In this document: positions 11,087 through 23,975 of the stretch, piece by piece
Layout: the number at the start of each line of letters is the position of its first letter
Position numbering within the stretch: position 1 is the stretch's first letter
Assembly (NCBI GenBank): GCA_032718475.1
Contig: JAUCBJ010007622.1
Location: 59,675 to 123,674 of the forward strand
Length of the DNA stretch: 64,000 nt
Source: Nemertoderma westbladi
Lineage: Eukaryota; Animalia; Xenacoelomorpha
Direction: 5' to 3'
Made by a program: the position numbers and the translations under genes
Notes under the pieces: model-generated
The model's database searches: none
The model's input: the letters and a program-made list of their open reading frames with translations, nothing else
Told to the model about the DNA's origin: nothing

Positions 11087-12594
11087 CTAGTAGGCTTAAT
11101 TATAAGGACATATATCCGTTATCAATCATAACAAACTAAACATAACAAACAATCCTAAACAAACTGATGTTTGGTCTTTCTTGCATACTTTTATATTGTT
11201 ATACTGCTATTTACTGTCAGTTCTTCATAATATGGTTGATGAATTATTATATTTGGAATAACGATAAATAACCCCGAAACCCAATATTCTTGATATACCG
11301 AAGGTAAGAGAGAAAGGTTACATATAACGATTGTGACTTATGTTAAAGTGGTTTGAAGTGAATCTAATGTTATTTGATAGACCCTACATGAGTCAGTCCG
11401 TGTTCCTTTTATATATAACTAAAATCAGTGAAGATCGGCAGATCAGTGTGCAGTATTGTGCAGCATTGTGTATGAGTGAGACTGATAACGAAGCATTTCC
11501 TAAAGAATGCGCCATATATGTGAATTATAACTAAGCCATATCGTTGTGAGTAGTTTAAGTCATAACTCTGTTTATATAGATAGAGCGCCACGTCCTAAAG
11601 GAACTGTTAATATTCCCGAAGGTGAATAATATTGTCAGAGATTATATAATACTGTCAGTCGAATAATACATTAGGCTTACATAGCAATAAGATTAAGCCG
11701 TCGAACCCAATCTCCCGGGTATATCCAGCGGGTGAATGATCGCGCACAGATTGGTTTCGACTAGTGTAGTGAATTAAATACTTGTCATAGGCTAAAAGTG
11801 ATTTATTATCTAGAAGACATCCTAATTTGGCGGGTTAAACTGCCAAAGGTCTGAAAGCGCGAACATCCTCTCCACTCCGATTTTCGCGTTTTTAGAATAT
11901 TCGGTGACGGTTCTATTTAAACACTATTCTGTTATTCATTTAGATATTTTTTCATTATATTTTAATATTTTACATTTATTTATCAACTAAATTAAATTCA
12001 CCTTGCTAAATTAAGACGTAAACAACAATTGCTATTTTCACTTAATTGTCAGCTTTAACTTCTTTGTATTGTAGTTATAATTTTTTGCAGATTATACACA
12101 CCAGAAATGTCTGAAATGCAGGTTAAATTAACCAATAATAACCAACGCACGTAGGCTTCATTAATATATGACAGCAGCTAAAGTTCACAATGTAAATGTC
12201 CCTATATATAGAAGCATTGTATCTGGGAATCGTTCGCATCTTATTGGATAAATAAGTTGGAAGCTGAGGTGCTTCCAACTTCCAACAAAACTTGGTGCAG
12301 ATGTAATGAGAAGCATGTCATAAGGTTTTCTATCTCGAAGGGTGGACCACATAACCATATTAACATTATGTGAGGAGGGGGGGGGGGGGGGGGGGGGGGG
12401 AGGGGATTGCAGAGTGCAGGTAGAAGTGATTATAATAGGAGTTTGCGCTGCAAATATAGTTGGATATCAGATTAGGAAACACCATAATATGAGAGTATTA
12501 TGGCTCTTTTCTCTTCAATGCTGTTTGTTTTGAGTGTGAGTGTAGTTCTAATGAAATTTGAGCTGATCAGTTGACGATATGTCGGCTTGGCAAG

Positions 12595-13750
12595 TTAAAT
12601 ACGCGACACCAGCTCACTTTTGGAATATGAAAAGTTGAGTGCAGAAAGCAGGTCAAGTAAGGCGTAGGATGAGCGCGCGATGCTGTAGCCACAAGAAATG
12701 CCGCGATACGACGCCAGGGGGCGCACATTGCTGAACATTGCAATCCGACAACTTAGTTGTAGAAAGCGACTAGGACAGTTCGATATGCGCAGGATGGTAC
12801 CGATACACAACCGAAGTGAAGCAATCGAGATTGGCACAAGATTGGCGACGTGGTAAAGAGTGCAATTCCCAACATATGGGCCAAGATTTAGTAAACCTCT
12901 TAACGATTTGCGGTAGAATACATCAAGAGCGTCACGATCAGTGGAGGTAAGAGAACCTATATTGAATTTTAATCCATATGTGGTAGCTGGTACAGCGAGG
13001 GAGTCCCATAGTCGGAAGACCACCTTAGGAGGAAGCCAGCGCGTTGTCCAGCCTCTAGTGTGAAATGTTTGAGAGTAGTAAGCTATCAGCCTGATAAAAT
13101 CATTAAGGATTACTTTGGAGTTCGATGAACTTTTAAGGTTGTATCCTAAGAAGGTAAGGACAGAACTTCTTGCAACAAAAGATCCACATATGTTGATAAA
13201 GCAGGGTCTATGACATGGATTTTGGATGCTGTCGACTACAATCCATGAGGTTTTAGTGGGTTCAAAGCTAAGACATACCTCGTCTGCTTTGTCACTTACA
13301 ATCATTGCCATACGTTCGAGATCAGTAGCCAAGGTGCTAAGAAGGAGGAAGTCATCGGCGTATACTATGGCGCCTAACCACACAGGGCCGACACGACAAC
13401 CTAAGTTGGAACTCTCTAGAGCCGCAGTTATATCAGCTGTGTATAAGTTAAAAATAGTTGGTGATAGTAGAGAACCTTGCTTTAAACCTTGGGCTACATG
13501 TATGCCGTTACAATCGAAACTACCATTGAATTTGAGAAAAACTATACCACAAGTGTAATATGACTAGACCGTAGCTGCGATGTGAGGGTTGACTCCATGG
13601 TCCAGCAGCTTTCGAATGAGTGTGCAGTACTCAACATTGTCGAAGGCCGATTCTATATCTAGCTGAAGCAGGTACACTGCGGAGCTTTTGGATCTATAAT
13701 GCTCAATACATTCCAGCAATGTGGCGATTACCCCTGACGATGTAACCACC
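12595..13750 (-). pseudogene. Non-LTR retrotransposon RT fragment (5'-truncated, disrupted)
   Basis: LDIESAFDNV, GLKQGSLLSP, YADD, FLG motifs plus C-terminal region on the minus strand. Confidence 0.85.
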
Positions 13751-13759
13751 TCAGTTTCC

Positions 13760-14710
13760 AATGCGGGTACTTTTAACTGTAAAATAGGTAATTCAGATCA
13801 CCACGCAACATTTATCATTTTACAAAAATTTAGCTGTATTTTCAATGAACCTAAACCACGCCACAATTTCGACTATTCAAAACTTGACGAATCATCTTTC
13901 CTTCGTGACATTAATAAACCCTCCAACTGGTCCTACACCGATAAATCAATAGCCATCATCTCAAAGTTTGACTGTTTTTACGATAATCTCACCAACATTT
14001 GCTCCTCTCATATCCCTTCAAAATCATTTACACACAAAACTCGGCCCCTCAAAGCATGGATCACTGAAAGTCTACTCAAATCAATCAGAACTAAAGACAA
14101 ATTATACTGGAACTATTTAAAAAACCGAACTGAAACCAACCGTAAATGTTTTACCGACTATCGTAATCATCTCGCACAAAAACCTTAAAAATTGCCGAAA
14201 AAAAATATTATTCGCAACATTTTGATAACAACATTACAAATTCCCGCAAAACTTGGTCGATAATTAATACTGTACTCCACAAAACAACTTCTAAATCATC
14301 ACCAAAAAACTTATTATAAAAATGAATACCTCCGCACAAATTGTATCAGACCCAACTCAAATTACAGAAATATTTAACGAACACTTTTCAACCATTGGAA
14401 CTAAACTCCTAAGTACCTTACCGACTTGCACACCCCGATCCCCCCGACGCCATATTTAAAATACTAGGGTGAACTATTTTACATTAAAACAGAAACATCT
14501 CCAATAGAATTATAATACCGAATCCTCAACCTCAAATTAAACTGCAGTTCTAACGATATGTTCCCCACCAAACTACTCCGACTTGCTGCCAAACCACTTT
14601 CCCAACACCTGTGCTACTTATTCAACCTTTCAATAAAGTACGGCTTTTTTCCCGATTCATTCAAAATTGCTCAAGTTATACCACTATTGAAATCAGACGA
14701 TCCTACAGAC
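13760..14710 (+). pseudogene. CR1/L2-group LINE ORF2, 5' part (end of APE domain to start of RT)
   Basis: SDHH APE terminus, AWIT..L..I..KD.LY, FPD.FK.A.V.P; frameshifted; resumes at 28816. Confidence 0.85.
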
Positions 14711-15246
14711 TGTTAGCTTATTCAATCCCGCCAACACCCCATAAAGTTATTAGCCGATAAGCAATATTGGGAGCCACGAGATTGGCAATTAACCAACTCG
14801 TGCCATCCCAATAAGAGTGGGAAGGAGGCACACAATAGAGGGTCAGGGGCCAAACCCCTAACCCAGAGAGAACAGGTGGAGTGAACGGGAATACTCCACG
14901 GGGCGCCAACAAGGGTATTAACCAATCAGAGGGGGGAATGGCATCGATTGAGTAGCAGTAAGGCCACCGTGCAATATAACCAATAACCTATTAATCAGTG
15001 ATTCAGTTATCTTAGTGCAGCAGTGCTAGCGTAGGGTACAGCCAATTAGTTTAGTTAGGGGATCACGGGACTTTAGTTACCGTATCCCGCCTTGTACACA
15101 TTCACAATATATCTATATCTTATAACCTCTTATTATACACCGAACTTCAGAACTCAGTTATCTTTATTTCACTCTTATACACGGCGGGGATGCGTGGACT
15201 AAATACCACACCGGATAAATCGGGATCCCTCCTGGATCCCGTCACA
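14711..15246 (+). repeat. 5' LTR of BEL#2 (536 bp)
   Basis: Matches 28279-28815; I see only one 1-bp indel and one substitution. Confidence 0.97.
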
Positions 15247-15362
15247 GTAACTACATCGGTGTTGCTTCCCCAGCTAAACTCAGTAACTAAAGACGAACTG
15301 CCGCCCCAGTTAAACACAAAGAACTCCACCCTAGCTAGCCGAACCATCAGCCACCAGACGAG

Positions 15363-18300
15363 ATGAGTGAGTCGGGCGAGACGCCACCGCGGACCCCGGA
15401 CGAAGACCTAACGATCCGCGAGGCCGCGACCAAACGATACAGGCCCACGACGCCGGAGCCATCGATAACGGGCGAACCGGAAGCACAGGACGAGGGGGGC
15501 CTGGAACCCGAAGTCGAGCCAAGAGAGAGAGAGAGCGAGACGGAGGGAGGGAGAAGGAGATGAGTCGACACGAGAGGGAGAACGGCGCGCCGATGTCGCC
15601 GGCCAGCTACAGGCCGAGGGCGACGGGCGGCCCACCGAAACGGCGACGGTGGGGCCGACGGTGCGACGCCGGACACGAAGAGACGGAGGAGAGATCGGTA
15701 CCGATGTCGCCGGCCAGCTACAGGCCGAGGGCGACGGACGGCCCACCGGAACGGCGACGGTGGAGCCGCCGGTACGACGTCGGACCCGGAGGGACGGAGG
15801 AGAGGTCGGCGACGAGGACGTCGGGGTTTCTGAGCGACTTCGACGGGCCTACAACGCGACCCGGAAGCTGATAAACGACGCCAAGAAGGAAGGGGCGAAG
15901 GTAGACGAGGTGAGACTGAGAAAGCGACTAGGTGAGTCGGATAAACACTTAAATTACCTAATACGTTTTGGGCAGAGAGAACTGGCCGGGGAGAGAGCAG
16001 AAAGGATAGCCGGCGAACTGTTTGAACTATGGGAGTGTGGGAGTATGGAACCTAGTGTAGCGCCAGTGTACATAGGGCCATACTTGGTCGATGCCGGGGA
16101 GTAAAACCAGTGGGTTGGAGGGGACTCGAAGGGGGCGAATCCGAGGTTAACCCCGAGGATTCGGCCTCGTCGGTCGGAGAAAGCTCCGGGAAGGGGGAGA
16201 AAGTTAGTAGGTCGGGAAGGCGGGGGAAGTCCGTCATAACCGATAAGTCTGTTACATCCTCCGCGAAAGAAAGAGTGGTGAGAGAGGTAGGTGCCGCATA
16301 CCGTCTCGACGTGGCAGAGCAAGGTCAGAAGGAAATGGAGGAACGGTTAGAGGAGGGGAGAGCGCGGTTAGCGAGGGAAGCGGCATTGATTAAAGAGAAC
16401 GGAGAGAGGCTCGAAAGGGCTTTGAGGAGCCTTAGGGAGAGTGACGAAATAGAGGAAAAGGAGTGTAGAGAGCGTGAGGCTAGGGAGGAAAAGGAGCGCA
16501 AAGAGCGTGAGGCGGAACGCAAGGAATATGAGGCGAGAAAGGAAAAGGAACGCAAAGAGCGTGAGGCGGAACGCAAGGAATATGAGGCGAGAAAGGAAAA
16601 GGAACGTAAGGAGCGTGAGGCGAGGCGAAGGGAGATCGCTAGGAGTGTGGTAGAGTCGGCCAGACGGGACAGTCAGGAGAGTGAGAAGAGAGGGGCAAAG
16701 GCTGAGCAAGAGCTAAGGGATTTAGAGAAACGCCAAGGTGAATCGGCGAAAAATAAGATTAGACGGGCGCACGAGCTGGAACTGGTCCGAGCGTTGCCGT
16801 CTGAAAGCGGGGCCGGCTCGAGTATTTTTGAGGAGCCAGGGGCCGTAGACACGTTTATTAATACCCCACTGACAGGGACCGCACGATAGACCCAAAACTG
16901 GTGTGACCGTACGGGCGGGGGGGGTAATAATAATGATGGTACAGTAGACGTTGTTGATATTAATAGTACCGTATGGGATAACTCTAATCAAACCTTTATT
17001 GCAGGGAATACTTTACCTAGTGGTAGTAACTTAAATTTAAATCAGAACGTCCCTAGTATTAATGTAGAAAATAATCCTAATATTGATGTAGTTACGCAAA
17101 ATAATTCAAATAATCAAAATAATAACACGAATTCGGACCTACAAAATAACTTAAATAACGCAATTACACAAAATAATTCGAATAATTTAAATAATGATCT
17201 TAGCCCGAATTTACAAAATAATTCAGATAACGTAGTCGCGCAGAATAATACAAATGATTTTGTTTCAAACGGGCAAATTAATTCCGTTTCCAATATGGGT
17301 GCTATTAATGTAAATACGTCTGGCCTACATAACCAGGGAGCAGAGGGCCTGGTAGGCCACGTAGTTAGTAGACAGGGAGCAGAGGGCCTGGTAGGCCACG
17401 TAGTTAGTAGACAGGCAGCAGAGGGCCTGGTAGGCCACGTAGTTAGTAGACAGGGAGCAGAGGGCCTGGTAGGCCACGTAGTTGGTAGGCAGGGAGTAGA
17501 GGGTCCAGTAGGCCGCGCAATAGCAGAGGGAGAGGCGGGGGTGAATAGACCCGACTGTGGTAGGGTTGATGTGTCGACTAGAGAGATATATAGTAGCGGG
17601 GCGAGAGGTAGCGAAGTTAGATGTAGCGAGTGGGGGGGGGCTACGAGCACCCCACAACAGAAAGTTAGCGGCGAGAGGGGGGGGGGCAGAGCGTGTCCCA
17701 CAGCCGTCAGCGGACAATGCGAGGGCCGAACAAGGTAAACCGCAACAACCGGCGACGGAAAGTAATAAGGGGATTGCGAGTATCCCCAGCGACGTGCGAT
17801 CGAGCAGAGAAAGACAGGTTGACGTCGCGGGAGGGCAGACGGAGCGTCGAGCCCGATCAGAGGAGGAAAGAAGAACAGTGGGGTTTAACCGGGAGGTCGA
17901 CGAGAGATCTCGTGAGCGGGAATATTCCACTGATAGGAGAAGAGAGGAAGACAGTAGTAGAAGTATCGCCGCAAAAGATAGAAGAGCGAGGACGGACAGC
18001 GAGCCGTCGATAGTCGAGATGAGAACGGAGAGTCAATGGGGTCGGACTCCGGGAGATTGCCGTCGCCCCGGAGGGATGCGATCCGGTGAGGCGCATTACA
18101 CGCCGAGAGAGGGGTACGCGATGTACCGGTACGAAGATAAAAACAGTGGAGAGGGGGGTCGAAGAGAAACTTTCCGACGGGATATACCTACCGATCGAGA
18201 ATGCGGTAGCCGCGGGGAGGATTATTCGAGAAGAATAAACTTCGATCCCGAGCAACACATGCAGACTGTAGGGCATACTGTAGGTCTTACTGCACATACC

Positions 18301-18900
18301 GCAGGCCATACTGAGAGAGGCAATGTAGGCGATAGGATAGCGTGGACAACGGGATTAAACCCGGAAGTCGCGGAATACATACCGGCGAGTAGGCCAGAAG
18401 CTGATAGGCCTATACCGGTACCAGCACAGCAGTATGACTACAGCATGCAGGGACATAACATACACCCAGGGGAGGGGGGAATTATTGCGGATAGGTGTAT
18501 GGGCCCCAACATATTAACATCAACCCCAGTACCAGACATACCATAGGGTGACATTCCCCCATCACAATATCAACAATATACCCCGACAGGAACAAGAACA
18601 ACGAGACCCCTAGATGAAAACAGGTCGTGTGATACAGACATATGGAGGGGGCCGCTACCCCCGATGACATATCCGAGTCAGAGAAGATCAAGAAATAGAA
18701 CGGACGAACCGCACCAGACAGGGGAAACTATACAGCACCCGTCGAATCCATTAGAAGCGCAGGCAATGGGGATGGCCACGTTGATCGATGCCTTGAAAAC
18801 GAGGATCGAATTACCACCCGTGGAACCGTTCAAATTCGATGGGAGCAGGCCGGAAGAATACTTACAGTTTCGGCGAATGTATAGTAATACTAACAAAAAA
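15363..18900 (+). pseudogene. gag: Long fragmented Gag N-terminal region (charged coiled-coil, Asn-rich and repeat segments)
   Basis: Chain of overlapping plus-strand ORFs ending in ELPPVEPFKFDG (start of the BEL Gag domain), then a frameshift in the A-run near 18895. Confidence 0.7.
17334..17515 (+). repeat. 39-bp coding tandem repeat, ~4.5 copies (QGAEGLVGHVVSR)
   Basis: CAGGGAGCAGAGGGCCTGGTAGGCCACGTAGTTAGTAGA repeated. Confidence 0.95.
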
Positions 18901-21900
18901 CTTGACGCAGGCGGAGTGCCTAAAGTATCTACAAGTGTACACGGGAGGCCCAGCATACGATATCGTGAGGCAATACCAAGGGATAGAGGGCGGCTTCACG
19001 ACAGCATGGCGGGCACTGGATAGGGAATACGGGCACCCGGCCAAGATCATCAGGCAAACGCTGAGAGGCATAACATCGGGTGGCCTACAGGATAATCCCG
19101 TTAGCATTAAGACGTTTGCTAACAAAGTCGAGAAGGCGCTGATCGTGCTGAAGACGTTAGACGCGCCATACGAACTCAACGCGTCCAATAACATCAACAC
19201 GATAGCGCAGGCACTACCGAGCTGGCTGCGCAACAAATGGAGGAAGGTCGCTTTCTCCACCCGAGACAAGAAGGGTGCGGAACCAGGTTTAGAAGAAATG
19301 TCAAACTTCTTAAATTACGAGGCTGAACTAATAACGGACCCAGTCTATAGTGAAGATAGCCTGGGAAAGGGACCAAAGACAGATCATTACAGGCCCAAAC
19401 CAGAGCACAATACATCAAACGCATTGCCGAGACTCAGACAATCATTGCCATACGCAGCGACGCAGGGGACTGCAAGTCCACAGACAAACGAAGATAAGAC
19501 AACATCAAGGGACGGACAGGGGAACAATAACAACATGAATAAACATAACCCCAGTACATCCAGTAGGTCAAACCCAGTCAATAAGAATAGTAGGGACTTT
19601 GGTACGAATATAACTGCGATACGCAATGCATTGTATAAAGAGGGCTATGACCCAAAGAGCAAATGCCAGTTACACGCAAATGCGCTTCATAAAACCATGA
19701 ACTGCAGGTACTGGCAGGCGCTACCGAGGCAAGACCAGATAGATTACGCGTCGAGCAATAAAATCTGCTCGCGATGTGTGAAGAGTGGACACAAGGCCAG
19801 GGAATGCCAAGAGAAACCGGTCAAGTTTGGCCAAAGGAGAGGCCAGACGATGGCAACGAGCACAGTAGGGGCGAAGAAGAGAGGAACAGTGCTACTTGGA
19901 GTAGTACCAGTACGAGTGATCGGGGAAGGCAATCGATCAGTAACAACACTAATGCTGGTTGATAGTGGAGCTGCCTTCACATTAGTTGAGGAATGGGTAG
20001 CCGAAGAAATAGGGTTGAGAACGAGGCCAAGCAGGATGGCGGTGACAACCATCTCTAGCAAAGACGAGATCCTAGAGATGAGGACAGGACGGTGCGCAAT
20101 TGCAGCAGTGGCACCAGGATGCGATTATGGGGCAACCATCGACCCCATCCAAGTAATAGAGTCAATTAACATCAATGCCAGGCGGCCAACCAACATCGAG
20201 GTCGAGCAATACAAATTCCTGGACAACATTGACTTCTCAATCCCAGACGTGGACGTTAGGAAGGTATCCATCATAGTAGGCATGGACTGCCCAACGGCCC
20301 ACGAGAGAATGCAGACGGTCTTCGGCGAAGACAAGCAAAGCGACCCGGTAGCCATATTAACGCCATTCGGGTGGACGCTGAGTGGTCCAATTAAGAGCAA
20401 GATACCATTCAGGATGTCGGAGACATCAGGATGCATGTTCGCGGGAACAATGCAGGAAATGGGTGACGAGGGAGCAGAGGAGCAGCTTAAAAGACTGCTC
20501 AGACAGGACTTCGAGGGACTGAAAGAGACCGGGGTCGGGACCTCGGTAGAAGACAAGCAGGCTCTTCAAAGTGTGGAGGAAACGATGACGTGTGATGAGG
20601 GGCGGTATACAATAGGAATGGTATGGAAACTACCGAAGATACCGCTACCCGATAATAGAGGGATGGTACTCACGAGACTCCGCAAGCTGAAACAAACACT
20701 ACAACGGAGCCCCGAGAAGAACGAGTACATTCACAAAACCATTAAGAAGTACGTCGAGAAAGGATGGGCCGTGGAGTTACCGGTCGACGAACCGAACACG
20801 GACAGGACATACTACCTGCCACTCCACGTAGCCTTAGACCCAAAGAAAGGTAAACTTAGGATGGTAGTCGATGCATCGGCAAAGACCGACGGAAAGTGCT
20901 TAAACGATTACCTACTAGAGGGCCCAAACATATACAATTCGGGCATAGAAGTACTACTTAGATTTAGGAATGGGAAACACGCCTTCACGTGTGACATAGA
21001 AGGCATGTTCAACCAAGTCCGAGTAACAGAGGAAGATAGCGATAGTCAACGCTTCTTATGGTATAACGGCGGAGAAGAACCGCCTATAATACCGGCATAT
21101 AAGATGGTAGTACAGAACATGGGGGCCAAGTCGTCCTCATTTACGACGACTATGGCAGTGAGAGACACGGTAAAAGGGAAGGAAGATAGATATAGCAGTA
21201 GGGCCGTCGATATGATCAGACGCGGTTTCTACGTAGACGACGGCATGGAGTCTGGAAATACGGTTGAGGAGATACTGGAAACAGGGCGCGAGGTTCGCGA
21301 CATCCTGAAAGGATCCGGCTTCAACCTGACCAAATTCCAATCCAGTTCAGAAGAATTTATCAGGGAAATAGAAGACAAGAAACCAGAATCGACCATGGAC
21401 AACCCTACAACAGCCAAAGGACAGGACATGGCGATTAAGAGAACGGAATCCCAGCAGAAGGCGTTGGGAATCGTGTGGGATAGAAAAACAGACGAACTGA
21501 AGTATCAGCTAAGCCAAGAGGGCGCAGATACCCATACGAAGAGGGGTTATGTATCGTATATAGCAAGGATATACGATCCCCTAGGCCTAGCATCCCCATT
21601 ACTAGTCACGGGGAAACAGATACTCAAGAGAGTATATAAGTTGAAGGATGAGTGGGATGTAGAGGTACCAGAAGACATCAAGAAACAGTGGAGCAAATGG
21701 ACAGGAGACTTGGAGAGGATGGGAACATACAACATGCCGCGAGTGTATTTCCCGGACGGGAACATGACGAATCTGGACCTACATATGTTCTCCGACGCGT
21801 CATTAGAGGCATACGGAGCGGCACTCTATTTAGTACAACGAGAGGGGGCTCACGAGCCCAGACTAGCCTTTAGCAAAGCTAAGTCAACGCCGCCAGATTC

Positions 21901-23866
21901 AGCATCTGTTCCCAAGTTAGAATTGACAGCTGCGAGACTAGGGGTTAGAGCCACAGCCTACCTAGTGGATACAATTCCCAACATAGTGGAGACACACTAC
22001 TGGACGGACTCCATGGTAGTGCTCGGTTGGCTACACAACGAAAAGACGAGATACCCGATATTCGTCGCGAATAGAGTGGACGAAATAAGGGCGAGCACAG
22101 AACTAGAAAGGTGGCACTACTGCCCAACAGATGAGAACCCAGCGAACTTGCTGTCGAGGGGCGTGGAACGCCACACTTTCCTGAAGAAGGAAGTATTGTG
22201 GCAGCATGGGCCACAATTTCTGAGCGATAGAGAGGCCTGGCCGCCGATGAGGAAGGTGGACCCGGGCTCGGAACCAATATCAGAAGGAGAGGGAGATTCA
22301 GAGGGAGAAGAGATATACTCCCAGATGGTGAGGGAGATTAGGGACGTGCAACCAGGAAGGGAACTGTGCGACAACCCGACGGATAAACTCCTCAGCTACA
22401 GTTCCAGTTGGTATAAGACCAAGAAACTAGTGGCGTACTGGAGAGCCTTTGGGAATTTCCTTGCGGGAGTCGGCAAGGACAAGAAGACCAGGATAACCAT
22501 AGATCTGGAAGGAGCGGCCAAGGCAGTGATCCACTATGAACAACGCAAGAACTACGGCGACGAGGTGGAACGTGTCGGTAACCAACAGCACCTCCGACGG
22601 GATAGCGAGTTGATCACGCTGTCGCCACAACTCAACGAGGACGGGATTCTAGTAATGAATTCTAGGGTGGGATATAACAACAGTATAGTCGTGCCACCGA
22701 AACCCATCATCATTCCCACAGGATCGCCTATAGTCCACCAGATCATATGGGACTCCCACAAATCGATACTGCATGGGGGCACCAACCGAACCCTCACAGA
22801 GATAAGGAGGACCTATTGGGTCAAACAACTAAGGAAGAAGGTTAAAGCGGTAGTGGGGCAGTGCCAGACCTGCCGACGAGCGAAGAAGGAACGAGCCGTA
22901 CAGGAGATGGCGCCACTACCGGCGAGTAGGGTAAGACAGCACGACCCGCCATTTACGCATTGCGGTGTGGACATGTTCGGGCCGATAAAGATCAAGGTGA
23001 TGCGACACACGGAGAAACGCTACGGTATTATCTTCGTATGCAACAATACGCGGGCGGTAGGGATAGAACTCGCCCAAGATGCAACCGCATCAGCATTCAT
23101 TAACGCCTTAGAAAGGTTTAGGGACCGCAAAGGTGGGACGATCGCGGTGATATACAGCGACAACGGCACCAACTTTGTGGGCGCAGAGAGTGAGATGGCA
23201 GAGGCCTTAGACATCTTGGAGGGAGAAGAAGTCAGAGCGGCCATGAGAAGACGACAAGTGAAGTGGGAGAGAAGGACGCCGTATGCACCACATACGTTAG
23301 GATGCGTCAAGAGACTCGTGGGCAGTTCAAAACGTCTAATGACGAAGCTGATGAACACCCACATGGTCACTGAAGACGTCTTACGGACAGTACTTGCGAA
23401 GTGCGAGGGGATCATTAATAGCAGACCGCTATACCCGGAGAATGATGACCCTGAGTCATTAGACGTGTTGACGCCTAGCCATTTCCTAATGGAAAGGCCA
23501 GCTACCATCGATATGCGGGGTGTAGACCCAGATGATATACACTCCCGCCAAAGTTGGAAAGTAGCTAAAGCGATTAGCGCAGAGTATTGGAGGAGGTGGG
23601 TAGAAGAATACCTACCCACACTCCATAAGCGAAGCAAGTGGAGGAAGCCAAACAGGGAGTTGAGAGAGGGAGATCTCGTAATCGTCACGGATGATACTAT
23701 CATCAACAACCAGTGGCGGTTGGCGAGAGTTGTAGGCACCTACTCCGACGAGGACGGAAGAGTCCGATCGGTAGAAGTGCGGATAGGTGGAAAGATAGGT
23801 GCGAAGGACAGAAAAACCTACAGGAGAGCGATAGGTAAGTGCTGTCTTCTAGAAGGGGCACCTTAA
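18839..23866 (+). CDS. pol: BEL/Pao Gag-Pol (Gag core, knuckles, PR, RT, RNase H, IN)
   Basis: CSRCVKSGHKAREC, LVDSGA, DIEGMF, YVDD, FSDAS, DMFGP, SDNGTNF, W.LARV; RNase H NPAD reads NPAN and integrase WER reads VKR. Confidence 0.95.
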   Translation: MGAGRKNTYSFGECIVILTKNLTQAECLKYLQVYTGGPAYDIVRQYQGIEGGFTTAWRALDREYGHPAKIIRQTLRGITSGGLQDNPVSIKTFANKVEKALIVLKTLDAPYELNASNNINTIAQALPSWLRNKWRKVAFSTRDKKGAEPGLEEMSNFLNYEAELITDPVYSEDSLGKGPKTDHYRPKPEHNTSNALPRLRQSLPYAATQGTASPQTNEDKTTSRDGQGNNNNMNKHNPSTSSRSNPVNKNSRDFGTNITAIRNALYKEGYDPKSKCQLHANALHKTMNCRYWQALPRQDQIDYASSNKICSRCVKSGHKARECQEKPVKFGQRRGQTMATSTVGAKKRGTVLLGVVPVRVIGEGNRSVTTLMLVDSGAAFTLVEEWVAEEIGLRTRPSRMAVTTISSKDEILEMRTGRCAIAAVAPGCDYGATIDPIQVIESININARRPTNIEVEQYKFLDNIDFSIPDVDVRKVSIIVGMDCPTAHERMQTVFGEDKQSDPVAILTPFGWTLSGPIKSKIPFRMSETSGCMFAGTMQEMGDEGAEEQLKRLLRQDFEGLKETGVGTSVEDKQALQSVEETMTCDEGRYTIGMVWKLPKIPLPDNRGMVLTRLRKLKQTLQRSPEKNEYIHKTIKKYVEKGWAVELPVDEPNTDRTYYLPLHVALDPKKGKLRMVVDASAKTDGKCLNDYLLEGPNIYNSGIEVLLRFRNGKHAFTCDIEGMFNQVRVTEEDSDSQRFLWYNGGEEPPIIPAYKMVVQNMGAKSSSFTTTMAVRDTVKGKEDRYSSRAVDMIRRGFYVDDGMESGNTVEEILETGREVRDILKGSGFNLTKFQSSSEEFIREIEDKKPESTMDNPTTAKGQDMAIKRTESQQKALGIVWDRKTDELKYQLSQEGADTHTKRGYVSYIARIYDPLGLASPLLVTGKQILKRVYKLKDEWDVEVPEDIKKQWSKWTGDLERMGTYNMPRVYFPDGNMTNLDLHMFSDASLEAYGAALYLVQREGAHEPRLAFSKAKSTPPDSASVPKLELTAARLGVRATAYLVDTIPNIVETHYWTDSMVVLGWLHNEKTRYPIFVANRVDEIRASTELERWHYCPTDENPANLLSRGVERHTFLKKEVLWQHGPQFLSDREAWPPMRKVDPGSEPISEGEGDSEGEEIYSQMVREIRDVQPGRELCDNPTDKLLSYSSSWYKTKKLVAYWRAFGNFLAGVGKDKKTRITIDLEGAAKAVIHYEQRKNYGDEVERVGNQQHLRRDSELITLSPQLNEDGILVMNSRVGYNNSIVVPPKPIIIPTGSPIVHQIIWDSHKSILHGGTNRTLTEIRRTYWVKQLRKKVKAVVGQCQTCRRAKKERAVQEMAPLPASRVRQHDPPFTHCGVDMFGPIKIKVMRHTEKRYGIIFVCNNTRAVGIELAQDATASAFINALERFRDRKGGTIAVIYSDNGTNFVGAESEMAEALDILEGEEVRAAMRRRQVKWERRTPYAPHTLGCVKRLVGSSKRLMTKLMNTHMVTEDVLRTVLAKCEGIINSRPLYPENDDPESLDVLTPSHFLMERPATIDMRGVDPDDIHSRQSWKVAKAISAEYWRRWVEEYLPTLHKRSKWRKPNRELREGDLVIVTDDTIINNQWRLARVVGTYSDEDGRVRSVEVRIGGKIGAKDRKTYRRAIGKCCLLEGAP

Positions 23867-23975
23867 ATTGGAGTTAGAATGGAGTTTAGTCGTCCAAGTT
23901 TTGGACTGAGGGGGGTGGGATTGAGGGCGAGACGCCCTTCCCACACAAATAAAAATAAAATAAAATAAAAATAAT

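Noticed and set aside
11090-12300. Short ORFs and weak internal similarity after the BEL#1 LTR
   Set aside because: No recognisable motif or termini; left unassigned
12376-12400. Long poly-G run and Gly-rich ORF 12342-12533
   Set aside because: Simple homopolymer, possibly of unreliable length; no coding evidence
15331-23739. Numerous antisense and alternative-frame ORFs within BEL#2
   Set aside because: Shadows of a purine-biased, GC-rich coding strand
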